Below are positions 36,414 to 47,741 of a stretch of 64,000 nt of DNA, in pieces. Position 1 is the stretch's first letter. Each line of letters begins with the position of its first letter. The stretch is from Eledone cirrhosa (Eukaryota). The translations under genes were made by a program, and so were the position numbers. The notes beneath the pieces were generated by a model. The model ran no database searches. It was not told where the DNA came from and saw nothing but the letters and a program-made list of their open reading frames with translations. The stretch covers positions 354,392,001 through 354,456,000 of the forward strand of contig OZ024740.1 of NCBI GenBank assembly GCA_964016885.1, given 5' to 3'.

Positions 36414-37698
36414 CAGGGTGCGGACAATATTTGTTTGCAAGATTACTGTCTAGGAAAAAATAACACAGTAGTTTTATTTTTTAAGATATATTTATCATAC
36501 TTGGGTCAGTTTGTCTTCATGACTTGTTCTTTCGATCTCACTCGATAAACTCGCCATTGGCTTTGATGACGGCCTCGGAACCGGCTACTGTCCTTCGTCA
36601 CTGTCCTCCGACTTAGGCCCCTAAAGGCACTTGTGATCCTGGCCTTCAGATCATCTTTCGTATTGCAGCTAGATCTGTTGGTGTCTCGTTCCACTGCGCC
36701 ACACACAAAGAAGTCGAGGCGGTTGCAGTCAGGCGAGCTGGGAGGCCAGATGTCAGGTGAAGTGTGGTTCTCTGACAGCCAGGCTTGGGTCTTTCGGCTG
36801 GTATGGCAGGGCGCTGAGTCTTGCTGCCACACGTACGGCCTACCTGCAGCTACCTGGTCGATCAAGGGCTTTACTACCTCGCTCAGAATGCGGATGTAGC
36901 CATCAGTGTTCAGCTAGAGACCCTCAGGGAAGAAGTGAGGAGGCATGATGTCACCTTGACTGCTGACGACACCTAAGACCAATGTTGTCACTGGAAACTT
37001 TGTCTGCATGACTCTGGGCATGTCTTTGGATGAGACAGTGAGCCACCTGTTGTTCTGGGAGTTGAACCTCTGGTCTTGGCAGAAGTTTTTCTCAGAGAAA
37101 AACCACAGCATGTCTGGCTCCAGTGGGTGTTTCAACTTGAGGATCAGCTTCTTTGCATGCTTCAGTCGCTTTTCTTGCACCGCCTTTGACAGAAATTGTC
37201 CTTTCCTCATCTTGTATGAAACGTAGCGAATGTCTTCATGTACCACCAGCTTAATGAGCTTTTCATCCATGCCTTTCTCCCTTGCAATGGCACGCATCGA
37301 CTTGCTAGGTTCATTGTTGATGATATCCTGAACTTCAGCGACGAACTCGGGCGTTCTGAAGGCGTCAGATTGTCGATCATGTGTTTTCCTCTCTGATGTT
37401 GCTTCGTAGTCGAATCCTGAATCTTCCAATTCCTTTCTGACCTTTTTCACCATTCTCCTGCTGACACTGAGAAAGTCTGAAATTTCCTTATTTGTCCTCC
37501 CAGCGCGGATTCCAAGAAGAACTCTGTGTCTCTTCCACAAATTTGGAGGTTCAAAATTATTCATAATCAATTATTCTGAAAATAAATAATGAAAATATAG
37601 TCACTGTTTTTATGAAGACAAGAGTGACAACGGAAGTTAAAAAAATTTGCATAAAATTAGCAGTTGAAAAATTGCGAACAAATATCGTCCACACCCTG
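36414..37698 (-). mobile_element. Tc1/mariner-superfamily transposon (maT/DD37D-like), 1285 bp, defective
   Basis: 27-bp TIRs CAGGGTG(C/T)GGAC(A/G)ATATTTGTT(T/C)GCAA with TA TSD. Transposase has an HTH region, WFFS-EK, WQQDSAPCH and WPPSSPDCNRLDF. Confidence 0.93.
36506..37570 (-). pseudogene. Transposase pseudogene
   Basis: Two ORF pieces in the same frame, split by TAG at 36914-36916. The first catalytic Asp codon is missing (WFFSEK). Confidence 0.85.
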
Positions 37699-37719
37699 TA
37701 TATACATACACACATATAT

Positions 37720-37750
<31 letters not shown>

Positions 37751-38187
37751 CACATATATATATTAGAAAGTGAGGTTTTTTTTACAAAATGAAAAATAAC
37801 CGAGGTGTCCTACACGAGTGAAAGTATAAAGAAAAAGAGATGAAATCGAAAATGCAACTGGAGTCTTATTTTAAAAAAAAATATATATATATATTTATTT
37901 GGTTCCGTTACCGGTTTCACAGTTCTTCTGCTTTTCAAAAGGTGAGTTGAGATGGAGGGTCTGTGGTTTTTCTCACATCTGGTTGGTCTCTGAATGTTAC
38001 TTGTTTTATATGGAAAAAGTGGCTCGAAATGCCAGGTTTTTCGAGAAGTAATTTGATTGGTTTGTCAATAATTATAATAAATTTTGCGCCAGTTCGCGTT
38101 ACAATAGTTCTTCAAATAAGAGGGGGGGGGGGGGGGTCACAGGTTATTTTTTCATATATGAGTGTTTGAATTTCTTTTTACTTGAAA

Positions 38188-39126
38188 ATATATACACACA
38201 CATACATATATATATACACATATATATATACATACACACACATATATATATACATACACATATATATATACATACACATATATATATATACATACACACA
38301 CATATATATATACATATACACACACATATATATATACATACATACACACACACATATATATATACATACATACACACACACATATATATACATACATACA
38401 CACACATATATATATACATACATACATACACACATATATATATACATACATACATACACACATATATATATATATATACATACACACATATATATATATA
38501 TATACATACACACATATATATATATATATACATACACACATATATATATATATATATACATACACACATATATATATATATATACACATACACACATATA
38601 TAAATATATATATACATACACACATATATAAATATATATATACACATACACACATATATAAATATATATACACATACACACATATATAAATATATATATA
38701 CATACACACATATATAAATATATATACATACACACATATATATACATACACATATATATATATACATACACATATATATATATATACATACACATATATA
38801 TATATACATACACATATATATATATATACATACATATATATATATATACATACACATATATATATATATACATACATATATATATATATACATACATACA
38901 TATATATATACATACATATATATATATACATACATATATATATATATACATACATATATATATATATACATACATATATATATATATATACATACATATA
39001 TATATATATATACATACATATATATATATATATACATACATATATATATATATATACATACATACATACATATATATATACATACATACATATATATATA
39101 CATACATACATACATACATACATACA

Positions 39127-39162
<36 letters not shown>

Positions 39163-39369
39163 CATATATATATATATATACATATATATACATACATACA
39201 TATATATATATACATACATACATATATATATATACATACATACATATATATATATACATACATACATATATATATATATACATACATATATATATATATA
39301 TACATACATACATATATACATACATATATATATATATATACATACATACATATATATATACATACATAC

Positions 39370-39400
<31 letters not shown>

Positions 39401-39594
39401 CATACATATATATATATACATACATACATATATATACATACATACATATATATATACATACATACATATATATATACATACATATATATATACATACATA
39501 CATATATATACATACATACATATATACATACATACATATATATATATACATACATATATATATATACATACATATATATATATACATACATATA

Positions 39595-39635
<41 letters not shown>

Positions 39636-39715
39636 ATACATACATATATATATACATACATACATATATATATACATACATACATATATACACATACATA
39701 CATACATATATACAC

Positions 39716-39748
<33 letters not shown>

Positions 39749-39817
39749 CATACATATATATATATATACATACATATATATATATATACATACATATATA
39801 TATATATATACATACAT
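38188..39817. repeat. ~1.6-kb (TA)n/(CA)n/(TACA)n microsatellite
   Basis: Directly visible; source of the spurious Y/I/M/C/V ORFs. Confidence 0.97.
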
Positions 39818-40427
39818 GGTGGCTGCCAACTCGTTTTCGAGTACGGCCACTACTTTATATCCATGTAGGAGAACCCCTACCGATGCGCTGAACGAGTGTG
39901 ACTTTTTAGTCCAGCCAGCGACTTGAAAACTCTGGTACAAACACTACACTTGTGACAATTACTGACACATAGTGCTGGGCCCATGGTACCATGTGACGAC
40001 AAGTGCAGAGAGATCTCCAGATATAAAGCAATGCCTGTGCCGTGAAGCTTTTATAGTGAGCAAAGGCACTGCACAAAGCCAGTCCCACTCTCTTAACCAA
40101 GATGATATTTACCAAAAAGAAGAACAAGTCAACATCATTGGATACCATCAGGGTTGCAGGTGTTATATCAGAGTTTTCCTTCTCCTAGAATTCTGCCTTG
40201 ACAAAGGCTAAGGGGTCATCTCTCCCGGTGATTTTGGATGGCCATTGACTCTTAAGAGCTCCTTTGCCCTTTGACAGGTTTTGTTTTTAGTCCCGCAGGA
40301 TGTCCAAAGTCACCCTCCTCACCAAGAAACCTTGGTGGGGTTGCCAGTTTAGTCGCCAACGACCCGACCATGGGACAGGTTGTACTGGGATACATGTTAC
40401 CAGTAGCACCAACTGGTGACCTGACAT
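39818..40427 (-). mobile_element. GC-richer interspersed element, probably the 5' region of a non-LTR (RTE-like) retroelement
   Basis: Sharp composition change and CpG retention. Contains CTAGGAGAAGGAAAACTCTG, which I recall from RTE-type 5'UTRs. No convincing ORF. Confidence 0.45.
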
Positions 40428-40555
40428 AATATATATATATACATACATATATATATATATACATACATATATATATACATACATATATATATATATACAT
40501 ACATATATATATATATACATACATATATACATACATACATACATACATACATACA

Positions 40556-40589
<34 letters not shown>

Positions 40590-40678
40590 CATATATACAT
40601 ACATACATATACATACATACATACACATACATATATATACATACATATACATACATACATATACATACATACATACAT

Positions 40679-40715
<37 letters not shown>

Positions 40716-40900
40716 TACACACACACACACACACACATACATACACACACACACACACACACATACATACATACATACATATATATACATACATACATAT
40801 ATATATATACATACATATATATACATACACACACATATATACATACATACACACACATATATACACACACACACACACCTACATACATTTACACATATAT
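40428..40900. repeat. (TA)/(TACA)/(CA) microsatellite
   Basis: Directly visible. Confidence 0.95.
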
Positions 40901-41609
40901 ACCAATAGAAACTTTGTTTCAGTTGTGCAGACTAGACTTAAATACAATACTTTCTGCTTTCCACATAAAATCGCATGGCTAGAAGGAAGCTGTCAAGGTG
41001 AATACAATGCTAAAGTTCCTTATTTATTTTACATTATTTAACTTTTCTCCATTATCTTATCTTTCTTAATTCTCCATGTCAAATTTTATGCCCCATCGCT
41101 CTCATTCTCTTTTTCCTCTTTCTCTTTATACCTCTCCCATCTTTCATTATATGTTTTACACTCTATTCATTTCATTCTCTCTCTCACTCACTGCTCCTGG
41201 GGTTATCTTCCACATTCTTGTGTCCCTCTTTGAACCTTTTGTGCCACTCGAAAATCCGTGAGCATGATATCATCTCATTGGTTCGTTGCTCTGTGACCAT
41301 TGCTCGACAGCCTAAAATTGAGGAGCCTTTAAGCACAAAAAAAAAACATATAATGGCTGCAGAGAGCTGAGATCGTAGTTATATAGTCTCTGGATATTAT
41401 GTCACATGATTTCCAAACAAAGTAAAACAAAACTGATGAGGAAGCAAAGCAATAATTGTTACTTTGCAGCTATAAAGATATTCACTTTTAAAATTGATAC
41501 AATATATAATTCATTCTTATTTTTGATTAACATAAATGATTTTACAGTTTCATTAACAGTGTTTAACAATTTATAAACCTCAATTTAATTATATTACATG
41601 ATAACCTAC

Positions 41610-41743
41610 CATTGACATTTCCCTTTTCAAGACGATGGTACAAATCTTCCAGAATTCGGAATGCTTCTACAGATCTGACAAACATTTCTTGATAAGTTGA
41701 ATTTTTTATTATAATTTGGACATCTTTTACAACTTTGGTTAAA
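41610..41743 (-). CDS. ABCA1: ABCA1-like exon (ECD1)
   Basis: GACAG acceptor, GTAGGT donor, 134 nt. LTKVVKDVQIIIKNSTYQEMFVRSVEAFRILEDLYHRLEKGNVN(G). Phases 2 to 1 fit both neighbouring exons. Confidence 0.85.
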
Positions 41744-42726
41744 CTGTCAATAAAATCAGTAAATAATTTTAGTAAAACTCTAATGAATGAAATATAGAAT
41801 AAAGATGATCATGAAATATTTTTTCCTTACTGACATTAGATTAAAAAATTCTGTGCACATCTCATCCATTCATATTATATATCCATAAAATTGTATATGC
41901 CAAACCTCATGCTTCTAATAAATATCATCCTTAATATTTAAGTGATTTCTCAACTCCATTATATCCAGTGCTTTTGTGCCAAAATTTGAGAAATAGAAAT
42001 GCTTTGCTTTCAACATATTTTTCTTCAGAATGTTCTATCGATATTTTAAATGCTACACTGAACTTTAATGTAATTGTTCAAACTAAATTCCCTTAACATA
42101 AAACTAAATAAATGAAAATTGTGAAGACACATTATTGATAAACATTTCAACAAAATATCAGAATTTGATTGACAATAATGTTCAATAAAAATGAGTTACA
42201 GTATATTTAACAAAGAAATTTAGTTATCATCATCATTTGCAATTTTACACCTATTTGTTGCATGGTGATTGGAAAAAAGTCATAGGAGATAAGAGTGAAA
42301 AAAAAAACAACACTGATTGAAAGCACTGTTCTGATATAAGTCCTACCCAATGGTAGCAAATATATAACTGAAGTAAACATAAAATGAAGATGATAAGCAT
42401 ACATACACATCCATGAACATGTTTTTCAACAACACAACGCAATCTTGATAAAATGAATCTTTATTCCTCGTTTACATTTTTAAAAAATAACACTATTTAT
42501 TATCTGCATAGTAAAAATAAAAGTAATTCCAATTGTAGGAACTTTTATGGGCCATTTTGAAGATAAAGTATCATGTCCTTAGCCTAGAGTAAACCTTTCT
42601 TTGGCTTAAACATTTTAAGGCTAAAGTGAGATTTGTTAACATACTGTGTAAAATGCATCAAAGTATATGTACAAAATCTAGGTGTTTCATTTCAAAATAA
42701 AAACAATAATTAAGTTTTATACTTAC

Positions 42727-42868
42727 ATTGATTGATTAAAATTTTCAATGACACCAGGTAATTCCCCAGTCGTGAGGTTCTTATGGCAATTATTATTTAA
42801 TGTACAGATATATGTCTGAACAAAAGGCAATATTCCAGCCGAAGGCATTGCACGACCATCATAATGAC
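42727..42868 (-). CDS. ABCA1: ABCA1-like exon, start of ECD1 (AMPSAG motif)
   Basis: 142 nt with TTTTTAG/GTAAGT ends. (C)HYDGRAMPSAGILPFVQTYICTLNNNCHKNLTTGELPGVIENFNQS(I) vs ABCA1 [48 protein letters not shown]. Phase 1 to 2. Confidence 0.97.
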
Positions 42869-45709
42869 CTAAAAAGTAAAACAATACAAGGACAATTTAA
42901 GTGTAAGAAATGTAAATGTTTTAGTGAAGCACCCATAATACATTGTGTTGTTTGAACACCAGGGGAAAATATCTTTCTTTGTCTTTGTACATTTCTTTTA
43001 CTGGGGCACTGCCTTGAAGGGATATAATAAATTATACTTATGGCTCAGAAGGGATTTCTGATTAGGGTTAAGAAGTTTCAAACTATGTTTGGTTTTAGAG
43101 ATTTGCTAAAGGATGGCTTAAATAATATTATATCAGTACATACTTTTTTTTAAAAAATCATTACCAAGTATTATTTAGGGATGTATATTTAAAGGTTAAA
43201 ATATTTAATACATGTGTCAATACAATTGATATAATGCATAATACTATGCAGATATATACAGTAGTAAATTTATAAAAAGGGTTGGATAATAAAGAAGAAA
43301 AAGAGCTGGGAGAGGTCTTACACACTTAACCATACACCATATCAAGGGGTGCAAAAGCTTCCATCCAATATTTGTTGAGGCCAGACAAAACACACTGCAG
43401 CATTGCCCACATGTGATTGTGAAGTTATTATATTATGCTTCCTATGCCTGTTGCATTGCTACTCATACTTGGGTAGGAAGCTGGTCTTTCTTTAAACTCA
43501 TTTTTTTCCTGATGCATTATGATAAATGATTTTGTTGAAGGTTGCACTATCAGAAATAAGACTTTAATCTTAATGTTACAGTCACTACCAACATAAGCCT
43601 AGTTAACCTTTTAGATATAACATTATCTCTAGCCACTGGTAAATATCAACGTTCTGCTCCCTTACCCAATATAAAAAATTTAGTTAAGCCTTTTGATACC
43701 AAGCCACCTGAAACCACCCTTTCAAGTATTCATATCTAAATTAAAACCTCCCATCATAATTTTATGTAAATATTGTTAAGTTCTAAACACCAAAATGACA
43801 ATATCATTTTACTAAAACACTCCAAATTATTTATTATTTTCAAAATTATTCAAAACACATTCAGTGTATTTAATGAGAAATATGGTCAATATAAGGTCAC
43901 ACCTACATATGTGAGGGGTATAATTAGTTATTATGGCCAACTGTGACCCTCACAGTCTTGTTCAACCATTCCTAAACAACTCAGCACATATTCAACAATC
44001 ACTAAGAACTCTGTTCGCTTAGTTAAAATAGAACACTTTCCTTGTTATTTTGTCCAGTTAAACAAAGAAAATGCATTAAAAAAGAGGGACAGGGTCATCA
44101 ATAACCTCATTATCCCTCAAACACTATGCTGAAAGATAAACCCTCATAGATAAGTGTAAAGGAATTGCAACTGTTACATTCCATCAGTGGATAACTTACA
44201 TGTCTCCTATATAGCATGTAAATTTGTCTCAAAATCTAGCATACAAAAACTGCCTTGACAGAGGAAAGAGGAATATACTGAGAATACCACACTGCACTCC
44301 CTATAATAAACCACTCATCCATGCCAGAGCACACAGTATAGTCTTGTGGATGTGTAGCATACCCAGACAAGAAAGCTAGTCATTTGATCATACTGATCTG
44401 GGTGGTAATTATAACTGTTTAATACCACCACTTGCTCTATAGGTGTTTTATTAGAGTTTGTTCAGTTGATATAAAAGAAAACAGCAAATATAATGTATGA
44501 TTGAATCACACGAAATTCAGTTAGAAATTGAACATATTGCACCACACCAAGTTTTCAATTTCTGATTTTTTCAGGTAAAATATATTTTCATATTTTTCTG
44601 GCAAGTATAGGGATATCATTTAGTCTTATTCTGACCTCTTCTGAGTTTATATCCCATCATAACATGATGTGTAGATAATTAATTCCAGGAATATGAATAA
44701 ATTATCAAATAATATTGAGGATATTTAATAGAAATAATATTAAGACAATTATTTGAGGTTGAGAAAAAGGCAGGACGCTTTAACCACATTTAATATAACC
44801 TAATGGGTGACCAGGTTCATAAAATATGTATCATGACATGTTCTCACTTAAAAATGTCACATATTCGATATAATTCTATTTCCATACAGCTCCATTACAT
44901 CATTACTAAAATTACTATATTTTGAATTAAAGTCTCATATCTAACTGGTATGTATTGATTTGGCTCTGATTAAACCTGGTGATTAATTGAAAATTAAATG
45001 ACCATAAATGTATCATTTTCAAGAACTAATTGATTGCTATCTCACAAGTCCTTATTATATCAAATTTATTCTTATAGGAATATTGCCAAAATTTTGTGAT
45101 GGATTATGTTTCATTGCACAATTTATCTTTGGTGCTGGCACAATCATAAGAAATTGGCAGGAATTATTGTGGTTCATGTAAACGACCAATTCATTGTTAA
45201 ATTGTGAAAACTTACTCAGCATTAGTTCAATGAAGATGAAAATAGCCTATTAAATTTCACTTTTATCTTGATTATACTTACACTCTGAGAAATAATTTTG
45301 ATAACTGATCTAATGTAGTATGCATGCATGAAGTTGATTTAAATATCTTCATTATTATTGCTTCAGTGCATTATATTACTTTGAGAATATTTGAATGTTC
45401 ATTAATTGAAAAGAGAAGAAAAATATTTTTAATTATTATAGTTACTAGCAGAAAAACCACCCTTCGGGTGGTTTTCTGCTAGCATGTGTAGTGTGTATAT
45501 TGATATTATATGCAAGTATATATACATGTAGATATGATACATCAAATAAAATCGTAATTGACAATATAAACAGAAATTGAACGAAGACGTTGTTACACTG
45601 TCTTATGTAATCAGTAACGTAATCCATGATATATTAAAAAAAGACGACATTATATATAAACTGCATTAGGAGAAAATTAGTGACAGAAAATTAGTATGTT
45701 TATTTAAGT

Positions 45710-45810
45710 GATCGCCACCGGAAGTGTTGATATCACACACTCTCTCTTTCTATATATATGGTAGTTGAAGTGGTGGTGGTGGTGGCGGCAATGATATACC
45801 GGAAGTGCAA
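45710..45810. promoter_or_regulatory. Two ETS/GABP-type sites (ACCGGAAGTG) in a CpG-retaining patch
   Basis: Exact 10-mers at 45717-45726 and 45798-45807. Confidence 0.45.
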
Positions 45811-45927
45811 CTTTGAAAAGAAGTCAATTTTAAATTATTTATTTTTACGAAATTATTTTTGTTTACGAAATTTAGTAGATAAATTATGTAATATTCATTC
45901 ATTATTTATTCAAAGTAATGAGTAATG

Positions 45928-46112
45928 AGGCGGTGGATTGGCAGTATCGGTAGAGGGTCGGGCGCCATGCTTTCCAGCATAGTTACGTCCCTTTACGATC
46001 TGAGTTCAAATCCCGCCGAGGTTGACTTTGCCTTTCATCCTTATGGGGTCGATAAAATAAAGTACCAGTAATGCACTGGGTAATTGCTGGCCTTGTGCCT
46101 AAAGTAGAAATA
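45928..46112 (+). mobile_element. SINE S1 with a 19-bp TSD
   Basis: ATTATTTATTCAAAGTAAT at 45901-45919 and 46113-46131. Confidence 0.92.
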
Positions 46113-46491
46113 ATTATTTATTCAAAGTAATCCAAATTATTTTACTAACGGGATAAAAAAAAAAAATAAACCGTACGCAGTCCCAGACCTTCCTTTATTA
46201 TAGTTTAGATTGCTACATTGTAAAATTTCATGCCTATCAAAATTTCAATGTTTGTTATAATTATTATTATTTATTTATTTATTTATTTTTTTTTTTACTG
46301 AAATCACTGAGTGATATGTTAAATTCCTGATCTTTAATATTTTTTTAATGAGAGAAGTGGTGGTGAAATGGTAGAACCACTATAGCATTGGAAAATATGC
46401 AACACAGTGTTTATGACTGTTACTTCCGAGTTTAAATTTTGCAGGGATCAATTTTTTTTCTTTCATATTTATGAGATCTAAAATACAAGTA

Positions 46492-47048
46492 CTGTATATA
46501 CACTCGAGTAATATTCAATCTCATGTAAAAGTCGATATTTTGGGTAAAATAATCTGGAATTTTCCATTGACTTTGTATAAAAGTCGACCCTAGTATTTCA
46601 CAGATAACAGGTCAATGTTTGTAGGTCATTGTATCATCCTGTACATGGAAATAACAGTTACAAAATTGTTGTGAATTTAAGGCAAATTTATATTATTCCA
46701 AATACATGTCTGAATATAAAAATTTACTCAAACTTACTATGGCTTGCCCTATAGTTGAAATGCTATGTGCTTATAGTGAAACACTATATAAGAGCAAGAA
46801 CTATACATCTGTTGATGGGTGCTGTATCACCATTACTAAATTGTATGCACAAGATTACTGTAATTCATTTTGTTTTTGTTTTTATTTATAGATCAGTTGA
46901 GCTTCTGCTACTGATATGGTACTTTGGATTCTAGCTTGAACTTCAAGCCCCTCAAAAGTATCATAGTATCCATGTAATAGTTAAACCCATAAACTTAACC
47001 TTAAAATATGGCCTAAAAAATTGGACTTTTACACGAGCATATGCATGG
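46492..47048. mobile_element. Decayed Tc2/pogo-like non-autonomous DNA transposon
   Basis: TA|CTGTATATACACTCGAGTAA... with repeated TAAAAGTCGA subterminal motifs; the other end reads GACTTTTACACGAGCATAT. Confidence 0.5.
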
Positions 47049-47741
47049 ACACATTTAACTATACCAGATTTGCTGACATCCACCATTGATAAACGATTTG
47101 GAATGTATGCTGCTTTTGCATTCTCCTCCCCCCCCCCCCCCTCTTGATGACTCAGAAATCATGAGGATGATGATGATGATACAGTAGTATCTGGATGCAA
47201 TTGAATGTGTGAACTTATGTCAGTGTAAAATAAGTAATATTAATAAATTTGATATAAGGAAATTTTGTAGTTATGTTGATAATGTATTCATTGTTTTACA
47301 ACATTTAGTTTCATCTCTTGAATACTTTTCACCACTGTAGGATTTATAAACATTTGTACCAGTAATACACTGAGATCAAAATAGTTGACAGTTTACTCTT
47401 ATCTTAAAACATGGTTTTGCAATGTAGTGATAAATCAATATTTAGATTTACTTTTGCTGCTTGAATTCTATTTTACTATCTCACAGAACTCTTTCACCCA
47501 ATAACTATCATTGATCCATATTTCATGCAATAACCAGTGTTACTCATATCTGGTTGCATTTTCAACTAAATTGCACTTAATGTAGCTCTTATGTCCATGA
47601 TGTAAGAGCAATAGATTGTTCTTAGCGTATGTACTTCGTATATCATTTTTCAGTCTTTTTCTTCTAGTACTCTTGTTTGCATGAAATAATGAAAGTTTGA
47701 TTTCAAATCAGTCTATAGATAGAAACAAAAATGCTGAGATT

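Noticed and set aside
35802-40888. Long Y/I/M/C/V/H/T-rich ORFs up to 598 aa
   Set aside because: Translations of (TA)/(CA)/(TACA) microsatellite, open in many frames.
43061-43072. Telomerase-template-like TAACCCTAA
   Set aside because: A 9-nt match is expected by chance, and there is no supporting structure.
45445-45482. Rho-independent terminator or bacterial contamination
   Set aside because: It lies in an intron of a spliced eukaryotic gene with no bacterial ORF nearby.
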